Under the pieces are notes generated by a model. That model worked only from the letters and a program-made list of their open reading frames with translations, did not search any database and was not told the DNA's origin. Below, one piece after another: positions 56,164-64,000 of a stretch of 64,000 nucleotides of DNA. The DNA is taken from positions 36,395 through 100,394 of IMG/VR virus record IMGVR_UViG_3300009169_000001. The stretch is one strand, 5' to 3'. This DNA comes from a virus. The position numbers and the translations under genes are program-made. Numbering within the stretch: position 1 is the stretch's first letter; every line of letters begins with the position of its first letter.

Positions 56164-56792
56164 ATGGCCGTAGTGATTGCAGATCTGCTTCCCGAAGCAG
56201 TGCTAGTTGAAGTTGGAAAAGGCAGTATAGAAGTGCGGGGGATACCGCTCGATCAGCTGGTGCCATTAATTGCACGGCACGGCGAAGGGCTCTCCAAGTT
56301 TCTCGTGGGGGATAAGTTCAACGCGGAGGCCATGGCCCTGCACGCCCCGGAGATCGTAGTGGATCTGTTGGCCGCAGCTTGTGATGCCAAGGGGCAGGAA
56401 GCTGACCTACGCAGGCTGCCTGCAGCGGTGCAGATCGAGATTTTGCTGACCACATGGAAGTTGTCGGTGCCTGATGTAAAAAAGCTCCGAAGCTCGTTGT
56501 TGGGGCTAATCAAGTCTCTAAACCTAAGCGACGCGCAAAAGGCGAAGTTGATTCCTTTGAACGGGCCATCGGAAACTCTCTCGCCATCGCCGTTGAGCGA
56601 CTCATCGCCAACGGACATCGACTCAGAGACATCCGAGGCTACACCCTAAGGCAGATCGATGCCTTTAACGTCCTGAGCTTTAATAGGGGTGCGGAGGCTG
56701 ATAAAGATGTAGCATACATAAACAGGCTTGCTCAGCACGCTGATGACAAGCAATTCAAAAAGTTTATAGAGGCTACGCACGACGATGGCTGA
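56164..56792 (+). CDS. tail assembly chaperone G (56164-56649) and -1 frameshift product GT (to 56792)
   Basis: In-phase slippery A AAA AAG at 56478-56484; -1 frame stays open (…LIANGHRLRDIRGYTLRQI…) to TGA 56790-56792, overlapping the TMP start. Confidence 0.8.
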
Positions 56793-59700
56793 TAGCGTTG
56801 TCGATATCACGATCAAAGCGTCGAACGAAGCTGGGGCAGTATTCAAGCAGCTTCTGAAGGACCTCGCCGAGGTAAAAGCGGCCCTCAGGACGGTGGGCGA
56901 CGTACCCGCGTCTGCGGGTGTTACCGCCTCACTGGAAGACATCTCCGGCGCAGCCCAGAGCGCCATCAAATCGATCACTGCAGTCAGCACCGCGTTGACT
57001 GGCGCAGCCGCGCCTACGGGCGACATGGCCGGGGCTTCTGAAGAGCTGGCCACAGGCCTGACGGCTACGGCCACTGCCGCCGCCTCGGTAGAGAACTCGG
57101 TAACTCCGGCAGCGGATTCACTAGGTGAACTGGGTCAAGCGGCCAACGACGCTGTAGTCCCCATGCAGGGCCTCCCCAAGGCGACGGATGAAGCCAGCAA
57201 TGCCATGGGCCGCATGGGTGAGGAAGTGGAGGCCCTGTCGGAATCCCTACCCAAGATGGTGCGGTTCCTCAAGCTCGCACTGGGTGGTTTTCTCGCATTC
57301 CAATCCGTCCGATTTGGTAAGGGCCTCGCAGACGATGCGGCCCGTACGGAGGTACTGGGCACAGTACTGCGCACGGTGGGGGCCAACGCCGGTATCGGGT
57401 CAGCAGCCATTGAGACGATGGACAAGGCTGTCCAGAAGCTGGGTATCACGGCTGAGGCGTCACGGGACGCACTGACCAAGCTGATCCAGTCGGGTCTGGT
57501 CAACGCGGAGACGTCCTACCGGGCAGCCGAACTCGCTCGACTGGCACAGGACCTCGCGGTCACCTCTGGGCAGAACTCCTCAGAGACTTTCCGCCGGTTG
57601 ATTCTCAACATCCAGCAACTGGACACGGTGGGCCTGCGGTATCAGGGTCTCGTGGTGGACCGGGCGGCGGCAGAAAAGGAACTCATCCGCACCCAAGGCT
57701 TGATGACCAGCACCCTGACCAAGGCCCAGCAGCAACAGGCCATGTACAACGCGGTGGTGCTCGAAGGCGGCAAGCTGACAGGTATCTACGAGCTGTCCAT
57801 GCAGAACGTGGGCAAGCAGATAGGATCTTTGGAGCGCCTGCATGAGACGTTGTCCGAGACGGTGGGCGATTCACTGCTACCTGCGTATTTGGCCATCGTG
57901 GAGGTCTACGGCGAGTTCCTGAAGGAGGTCACCGAAGGCGCTGCGGCGTTCGATGCTAATGGGGAGGCGGCGGTCACTCTAGGGGTCGTGGTCCGAGAGC
58001 TGGCGACCCTCCTCAAGGATGCCGTACTGACCCTGCTCGAATTCAAGGAAGCGCTCATCATTCTGGCGGCCCTGATAGGTACCGGGCTGGTGCTCAAGGC
58101 TACCATTGCACTGGGCACGGCTGTGGCGGCACTGGGGGCCCAGTTCCTGTTCACCGGGGCGGCAGCGATCACCATGGCCAAGCAGGTGGGGGTCATGGCC
58201 ACCGCCATGGGTGTAGCCCGTACCGCTGTCACACTGCTGGGCTTCGCCATACGTGCGGCGTTCTTCGTCGGCTGGATAATTGCGATTATTGAAGTGCTGG
58301 TCACCCTCAACGAGCGCTTTGGCATCATTGGGGATTCGGCCAATGTTGCGTGGGCGGCAATAAAGCTGGGTGTTCAGAAGGCAATACAGCCCTTGAAGGA
58401 GCTGTACTACGGCCTGATCGCTGTCGGCAAGGCGATGGAGGCGCTGCGCGACGGGAAGGGAACAAAAGGCGCAGCGGATGCGTTCGCTAAGGAGTACGCC
58501 AAAGCCTTTAAGGGCGTACTTGATGCGAAGCAGGATTTTGATGACTCGATTAATGACTTCGGCGGCCTGAACGGTAAGACCCAAGATCAGCTGATCGAGA
58601 AGGGCAAGATACTGGTTCGGCAGTTATCCCTGTACAACGATTCACTGGCGGAGGCCAAGGTCGCCCTGTTCGAGCTGCGGGCTCAGCGCACGGATGAAAA
58701 CGCCGACGTACTGGACGAACAGATCAAGGATGCCGAAGACAAGGTCAAGAGCATCGAGGCGGATGTCCAGACGGCGGCGAAGGGCGTTGCGGCTATCACC
58801 CGTAACCTCGGCGAGGCGGGTAGGGAGTCTCTGCGGGCACTGGACACCGACCTACGCGCAGCCCGTGGATCCGTAGCCACTGAGCTGGCCAAAGCCAAGG
58901 TAGTTGTTATCGAGGCCGAAGCGGCCCTGTATGGCAAGGAGTCCGACGCCGGTAACAGTCGCCTGTCGAAAGGCTTCCAAGCCGCAGCCGCTGCATTCAA
59001 GCAACTGCAGCTGCCCGAGGTCACCGCACTGGTTAGCCGGTCCACCGACCAGATCGCCCGAGACTTCGAACGCCTCGGAGATGCCGCCAAAAACCCAGCA
59101 GAGATTGCACAGGCCTTGTCACTGGTCCCGGCAGAGCTGGTCAACACCGTGGCAGCGATCGCACGCACCCAGCAGGATTTGCAGGACCGCTTTGCGACGG
59201 CTACCACGGCAGAACTAGACGCCAAGTTCCAAGGGCTCACCACGCGTCTCAACGGGCTCAAGGACGCCATCAATCTGGGCCGGGACGCACAGCGCGGGCT
59301 GGATGCAGACACCAGCAATCTGACCCAACAGCTACTAGGCCTCGGCATACCGCTTGCCCAAGCTCAGCAGGGCATGGGGGCGTTCAGCGGCTCACTGGCT
59401 AACCTGTCAACGAGCTTCAAGGATCTGGCCAGCATTTCGCTGGACAATCTGAGCACTCAGTTTGCCACGCTGTCGAGCGCCTACCAGACGGACCTCAGCA
59501 ACTTCAACCGGGTACAAGGTGAGAAGCGTGCCGAGATCACGCGCACCGCCAGTAGCGAAGCGGAGGCAACGCGAGCCATCAAGGTGCTTGATGCCCAGTC
59601 TCTAGCAGGACGTGCGGAGCTGGCCAAGAAATACTTCAGCGACCTGAGGGCCTTGCGTGAGCAGTCACTGCAGGAGTACGTCGCCGCGAAGGAGAAGGTC

Positions 59701-60732
59701 AAGGCGATCGACCAACAGCAGTTTGACATCCGTACGGATGAGGCTGCGTTCCGACGCGAGACCTACCGTGAGGGCCTGAGCGACGCTGCCCAGTACTACG
59801 ACCGCCTGAAGGAACTGAATGAGCTGGCCATCCAGTCCCGGTCTGCTGATCTGCGGGGTGAGTTCGAGGTCGCCAATGATCTGAACCGCAAGCGGGTCGA
59901 GCTGGCCCGCAGCCTACGGGGCGCTGAGGGGATCGACCCTTACAAGTCTCGCAGGGATTCACTCCGGGAGTCGCAGAAGGCCAGCGAAGACTATCTGCGC
60001 AGTTTGGACAAGGAGAAAGCCAAGGCCCAAGAGACCGCAGACAAGCAGGAAGCCCAGTACAAGCGATTGACCGATGCGCTGACCAAACTGGCGGATGTAT
60101 TAAAGGGCATCGGCAAGGAGCAGCAGGTAACCCTGACTGCTGAGCTGGAGACGGCTGCGGTCGAGCAACAGCTGGAGCTGCTGGGCGAGCAGGTTTACGT
60201 CGTACCCATCCAAGCGGAGCTGGACACCGAGAAATTCAAGAAAGACATCATCAGCTTGAAGGGCATTGTTGAATCGGCACTAGCCGGGATCAGGCTTAAC
60301 GGCGGGGACACTGCGGCACCTCTGCGTCGAGCATTCGGGGGTCCGGTATTCGGGGCAGGCACCAGCACCAGTGACTCCATCCCCGCGTGGCTGTCGAACA
60401 ACGAGTTCGTGATGCAAGCCAAGTCGGTACAGAAGTACGGCATGGGCTTCATGAAGGCGGTCAACGACGGCACCCTATCACTGGCCCACCTGATACCCGC
60501 ATTTAAGAGTGGCGGCATGGCGCAGACCTTCCGTCAGCAGACGCTGCTCCCCGGCCACATTCCGGCGTACCGTACCGGGGGCCCGGTCTCCGCGCCGAAA
60601 GCGGGGCAAGGCCCTAGTGATGAGGTAACGATCAACCTGAGGATGGGTGGCAAGAAGGTGACCCTGATGGCTGAGAGGTCACAGGCCCGTGGATTTGTGG
60701 ACCTGCTTACGGCAGTAGAGGCTCAAAGGTGA
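56785..60732 (+). CDS. tape measure protein
   Basis: 1315 aa Ala-rich helical protein with hydrophobic segment; C-terminal GAGTSTSDSIPAWLSNNEFV. Confidence 0.9.
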   Translation: MADSVVDITIKASNEAGAVFKQLLKDLAEVKAALRTVGDVPASAGVTASLEDISGAAQSAIKSITAVSTALTGAAAPTGDMAGASEELATGLTATATAAASVENSVTPAADSLGELGQAANDAVVPMQGLPKATDEASNAMGRMGEEVEALSESLPKMVRFLKLALGGFLAFQSVRFGKGLADDAARTEVLGTVLRTVGANAGIGSAAIETMDKAVQKLGITAEASRDALTKLIQSGLVNAETSYRAAELARLAQDLAVTSGQNSSETFRRLILNIQQLDTVGLRYQGLVVDRAAAEKELIRTQGLMTSTLTKAQQQQAMYNAVVLEGGKLTGIYELSMQNVGKQIGSLERLHETLSETVGDSLLPAYLAIVEVYGEFLKEVTEGAAAFDANGEAAVTLGVVVRELATLLKDAVLTLLEFKEALIILAALIGTGLVLKATIALGTAVAALGAQFLFTGAAAITMAKQVGVMATAMGVARTAVTLLGFAIRAAFFVGWIIAIIEVLVTLNERFGIIGDSANVAWAAIKLGVQKAIQPLKELYYGLIAVGKAMEALRDGKGTKGAADAFAKEYAKAFKGVLDAKQDFDDSINDFGGLNGKTQDQLIEKGKILVRQLSLYNDSLAEAKVALFELRAQRTDENADVLDEQIKDAEDKVKSIEADVQTAAKGVAAITRNLGEAGRESLRALDTDLRAARGSVATELAKAKVVVIEAEAALYGKESDAGNSRLSKGFQAAAAAFKQLQLPEVTALVSRSTDQIARDFERLGDAAKNPAEIAQALSLVPAELVNTVAAIARTQQDLQDRFATATTAELDAKFQGLTTRLNGLKDAINLGRDAQRGLDADTSNLTQQLLGLGIPLAQAQQGMGAFSGSLANLSTSFKDLASISLDNLSTQFATLSSAYQTDLSNFNRVQGEKRAEITRTASSEAEATRAIKVLDAQSLAGRAELAKKYFSDLRALREQSLQEYVAAKEKVKAIDQQQFDIRTDEAAFRRETYREGLSDAAQYYDRLKELNELAIQSRSADLRGEFEVANDLNRKRVELARSLRGAEGIDPYKSRRDSLRESQKASEDYLRSLDKEKAKAQETADKQEAQYKRLTDALTKLADVLKGIGKEQQVTLTAELETAAVEQQLELLGEQVYVVPIQAELDTEKFKKDIISLKGIVESALAGIRLNGGDTAAPLRRAFGGPVFGAGTSTSDSIPAWLSNNEFVMQAKSVQKYGMGFMKAVNDGTLSLAHLIPAFKSGGMAQTFRQQTLLPGHIPAYRTGGPVSAPKAGQGPSDEVTINLRMGGKKVTLMAERSQARGFVDLLTAVEAQR

Positions 60733-61109
60733 TACAGTTAGGCGCTACGGTACTGAACCCCAACCTGACGTGGCCCGATCGGGATAATTTTTCGAGCGTG
60801 GTGCAGACTCGCGCTCGCACGCTGGGGGGTTCACAGGTATTCTGGGCTCAGGAGGTCAGCGCTGGCAGGCCGATATCACTGGTTGCGATCAACGATCAGG
60901 GGTGGTTTACCAAGGAGCAGAAGGATGCGGTGGTAGCCATGGCGCAGGTAGCGGGGGCGGTTTATACCCTGATCATCGGTGCTGAGAGCTTTTCTGTTAT
61001 GTTTGACCACGAACAGGGGAACGCTATTGAATTCCAACCGTTGATCACACGTGCTGTGGATCTGACGGGGGATTATTTTTGGGGCCAGATCAAATTAATT
61101 ACTGTGTAG
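60729..61109 (+). CDS. distal tail-like protein
   Basis: Follows TMP; W.D, RTLGG, GRPISL motifs. Confidence 0.6.
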   Translation: MIQLGATVLNPNLTWPDRDNFSSVVQTRARTLGGSQVFWAQEVSAGRPISLVAINDQGWFTKEQKDAVVAMAQVAGAVYTLIIGAESFSVMFDHEQGNAIEFQPLITRAVDLTGDYFWGQIKLITV

Positions 61110-61118
61110 GAGTAGAGC

Positions 61119-62135
61119 ATGTCAATCCAATCAAGTGAACTCGTGTGGCGCACGTCTCTGGAGGTTTCCGACGCTGGAACCAACGGTGGGGCGATGTCCA
61201 ACGTAACCAGCACCAGCACGGTGAAGAATAATATCTTCCCCGACATATCGCAGGCCCAGCGCCTCGCAGGTGTAACCCAGCATCGCAAGATGTTCATTCT
61301 GGTGAACAATTCAGAGACCAACGGTAACGACGCGGGGCTGGATCTGATCACGCCCCGTGTGTTCGTTGAGACCAAGACTCCGGGAGATGACATGGTGCTC
61401 TTCTTCGCGGGCACCCAGACCAACATCCAGAGCGCCATCACCGGCGCAGAGCAGAAATACGGGGCGGGTCTGCTGAACGCGCCAGTATCCCCGGCGGCCA
61501 CCACCATCGTGGTGAACGTGGAGGACTGGGATGCGGGTGCCATCTTCGTGGCTGGCATGACCATACGGATCTCGGACAAGACGTCGGTAGACGCGGTCCC
61601 CGGTAATGCTGAGTACCACGTGATAGACACCGGCGGCGTGTCAGTTAACGTGGACCAAATCACCCTGACACTCGCTACCCCGTTGGCCTTTGGCTACAGC
61701 GCCGGAGCCAAGGTGGCCTCGGTGTATATGCCTGCCACCGTCTCAGCGAGCGTGAACACCCTGAACAACACAGGATCAGGCACGTTCAACATCGCGGGTG
61801 TCACTACCGACAACACCGGCACCATCTATCAGCAATGGAGGATCACCTTCACCTCCGCTACCGCCTACAACGTGGAAGGCCTCAACGGTGTGGGTTCAGT
61901 GGGCTCCGGCAACGTGGGGTCCGACTTCCTGTCGGCCACGAATCCTATCACCGGCGGGAAGTACTTCACGCTGCTGTCCACCCAATTCGGCGGCACCTTC
62001 ACCGCTGCGGACCAGATCACCTTCTACACCGAGCCCGCAGCGATCCCGATCTGGTACAAGCGTATTGTCCCAGCGGGTGCCAGCTCACTATCGGCTAACA
62101 AGATCATCGTTGCAGTAGACGGAGAGAGTTCATAA
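61119..62135 (+). CDS. tail/baseplate protein
   Basis: NGG.M, NNIFPD, RKMF, PIWYKRIVPAG. Confidence 0.65.
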   Translation: MSIQSSELVWRTSLEVSDAGTNGGAMSNVTSTSTVKNNIFPDISQAQRLAGVTQHRKMFILVNNSETNGNDAGLDLITPRVFVETKTPGDDMVLFFAGTQTNIQSAITGAEQKYGAGLLNAPVSPAATTIVVNVEDWDAGAIFVAGMTIRISDKTSVDAVPGNAEYHVIDTGGVSVNVDQITLTLATPLAFGYSAGAKVASVYMPATVSASVNTLNNTGSGTFNIAGVTTDNTGTIYQQWRITFTSATAYNVEGLNGVGSVGSGNVGSDFLSATNPITGGKYFTLLSTQFGGTFTAADQITFYTEPAAIPIWYKRIVPAGASSLSANKIIVAVDGESS

Positions 62136-62138
62136 CCC

Positions 62139-63413
62139 ATGGCTGGAGTGCAACAGACTTCCCTTTCGGTTACGTTTGGCGCTGACGCATTTAGTTCGTT
62201 CAGTGACTCTGGCGCGGTTATCCTTGAGCGCTCTAACCGGGAGCCCGAAGAAGACAATATCGTGTTCTTCCGGGCTCACGGGATCAGCACCCACACCATG
62301 AACAGCACCTCGGGGTTCGTGAGCAAGGAGAACAAGAACCTGCGGCGCTTCACCTCGGAGTTTGTGACCTTTACCGGGACCTCGATCGCGGCTATACGCT
62401 ACCCGAATGCGGAAAATGTCACGATCACCCGACAGGGTGTTTTCTTCGACGCGAACGGTAAGACGGTACCGGCCCCGAATCTCACCTACGACGCAGCGAA
62501 ACGGTCGATCGTAACCCCAGCACCAGTGCACGGAATTGCACTGGTAGAGTATCGGGCCCCCTACGAGCTGTGGCGTGCGACGTTCAGCGGTAACTGCCCC
62601 AGCGTGGAGCCCGTGTCGCCGCCTGTGGATACGTCACTGGGCGCACCTGACGATGACACCGCCTACACCGGTAGGCAGCCTATGGTGGTCTCAGCGTGGC
62701 TGGGAGGCAAACTGGAAGCGTCTCTGCAGCTGACCCCACCGGCCTGCGTGTACACTACCGATGAGGCTTACACTGCGGTACGCCGCATGGACGCCAAGCT
62801 GCCCAAGCTGAAGATCGAGGAGGACCCTGATGATAGGACCCGTTTGGTAGGCGGGGAGACCCAGATCCCCGGACACCTGAGGGGGCGCTGTGGCTTGAGG
62901 GTGTACCCCGGACGGTCCGGTATCCTGCTGGAAGCCTCCAATGGGTCACTGCTCCCCTACCCCTCGACGAAGTACGACATCCTGATCACGGAGACGCTTA
63001 CGTTCAATGGGTCTTCCAGTGCTTCACTGAGCTACCAGCCCACCGGGACCAGTGTCGCCGTTACGTCTGTAGGCAACTTCACGGACCAATGGGACCGCAC
63101 CTTCGCACCAGATATCCTCCAAGGCGGGGACAACGTTACCTCCGTGAACTGGGTCTCGAAGAACACCTACAATAGCCCGGTGAAGCGCAGGCTGTACGCC
63201 GACGAAATAGCGATCGCCAACCTGTTTGGGGTAGCGGTCCCCTGCTACGGTGCGGTTGAAGTGTCCTATGTCACCTCGTACTGGAAAGCGCACTTTTTCT
63301 TCGATTACAATTACTCAGAGCAGCGGTTTGAGCCTGCCTCGTTCATCGCCAAGGATTCAAAGCAGACTGCGAGTCTGACTCTGCAAGGTCCGACCGTTAA
63401 AGGATTTTATTGA
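62139..63413 (+). CDS. putative tail protein
   Basis: 424 aa beta-rich ORF in the tail operon. Confidence 0.55.
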   Translation: MAGVQQTSLSVTFGADAFSSFSDSGAVILERSNREPEEDNIVFFRAHGISTHTMNSTSGFVSKENKNLRRFTSEFVTFTGTSIAAIRYPNAENVTITRQGVFFDANGKTVPAPNLTYDAAKRSIVTPAPVHGIALVEYRAPYELWRATFSGNCPSVEPVSPPVDTSLGAPDDDTAYTGRQPMVVSAWLGGKLEASLQLTPPACVYTTDEAYTAVRRMDAKLPKLKIEEDPDDRTRLVGGETQIPGHLRGRCGLRVYPGRSGILLEASNGSLLPYPSTKYDILITETLTFNGSSSASLSYQPTGTSVAVTSVGNFTDQWDRTFAPDILQGGDNVTSVNWVSKNTYNSPVKRRLYADEIAIANLFGVAVPCYGAVEVSYVTSYWKAHFFFDYNYSEQRFEPASFIAKDSKQTASLTLQGPTVKGFY

Positions 63414-63859
63414 TGTCATCGTTAGCTTCACCCGGCTGGGGCTTTGAAGGCTACAAGCTGTGGAAGGTCATCTACGACAAGCGCGTGATCACCTCGGACG
63501 GCGTCTACGCTGAGGGACAGGTACCGGTCGACTACGCCGGGGCTGAGCTGGAGGTTGAGTTCCACCAGCTGATGATCTTCGCAACCCCCGGTGGGCGCTT
63601 TTTGGAGTGGGGGGTCTTCGACTACGCCGAGGTCATGGACAAGGACAAGAAGAAGGGCATCGGCTACACCTACACCCCCACGGGTGGCGGCGCGAGCACG
63701 CTGGGCTACAAGGACGTGGACGCGAAAGGCCCAAGCACCCATAAGACTGAGTGGTACGACCGGGTGCTCTCCGATAATTTCGATCCTGTGGACCTGAGCA
63801 AAGTTGACTACATGTACGGGCTGTACCTAGCAGAGCTGAAAGCCGCTGAGGCACCGTGA
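63410..63859 (+). CDS. hypothetical tail-region protein
   Basis: Coupled ORF; the next ORF starts at 63856 and runs off the window. Confidence 0.5.
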   Translation: MMSSLASPGWGFEGYKLWKVIYDKRVITSDGVYAEGQVPVDYAGAELEVEFHQLMIFATPGGRFLEWGVFDYAEVMDKDKKKGIGYTYTPTGGGASTLGYKDVDAKGPSTHKTEWYDRVLSDNFDPVDLSKVDYMYGLYLAELKAAEAP

Positions 63860-64000
63860 CCGTAAATTTTGAGTCAACATTCTTTACCAAGCCGATCCGC
63901 TGGGACTCCGGCACGGTGCGGGGCTTTATCATTCGCCCACATGACGACAACGGCACTGTGTGGGGTGAACCCTATGAGGATGAGGACGGCAACCCTATCC

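Larger units (their letters stand above)
3106..62541. repeat. dispersed 16-bp imperfect palindrome ~GTGCAGTTAATTGCAC (about 17 copies)
   Basis: Copies start at 3106, 8076, 13925, 15204, 19402, 24023, 27064, 31474, 34744, 36751, 44266, 47864, 48128, 49915, 53672, 56260, 62526. Confidence 0.85.

Noticed and set aside
1-64000. tRNA, rRNA, integrase and lysis genes
   Set aside because: None recognisable by eye in this window; they may lie outside it.

Overview
The window is a 64 kb internal segment of a large, GC-rich tailed dsDNA phage (Caudoviricetes, siphovirus-type tail), with almost all genes on the + strand. Gene order: (1) replication/recombination module (primase, SSB, SF2 helicase, RecA, two PD-(D/E)xK nucleases, RuvC; ~1-8 kb); (2) small early-type genes behind sigma70-like promoters that share a 15-bp operator-like motif, interrupted by the terminase genes (~9-20 kb); (3) a truncated PPDK-like phosphotransferase, a CsrA-like protein and two CX5R phosphatases (~20-26 kb); (4) family A DNA polymerase and portal; (5) an ~18 kb head-morphogenesis region; (6) protease, scaffold, capsid, head-tail, tail tube, G/GT frameshift chaperone, tape measure and tail-tip genes. 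The main discovery is in region 5. The MuF/gp7-like head gene appears split in two (31108 and 47795), and between the halves lies an array of effector-like domains: several ADP-ribosyltransferase folds, GNAT, papain-like, JAB, DUF3626-like, ParB/Srx, topoisomerase IB and a zeta-toxin kinase. Each domain is preceded by one of 14 copies of a conserved peptide tag, [ILV]-x-K|[YFM]-x-x-x-Q-P-R-x-P-K-G-x-x-x-G-G-[QR]-[WF] or its short form K|FNPYHD..GRF, and several are followed by tiny partner ORFs. My inference is a modular, protease-processed virion-cargo (toxin/immunity) system. A second unexplained signal is a 16-bp AT-core palindrome, about GTGCAGTTAATTGCAC, seen about 17 times across the window, mostly inside coding sequence. 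All calls come from reading motifs by eye; no database searches were run.
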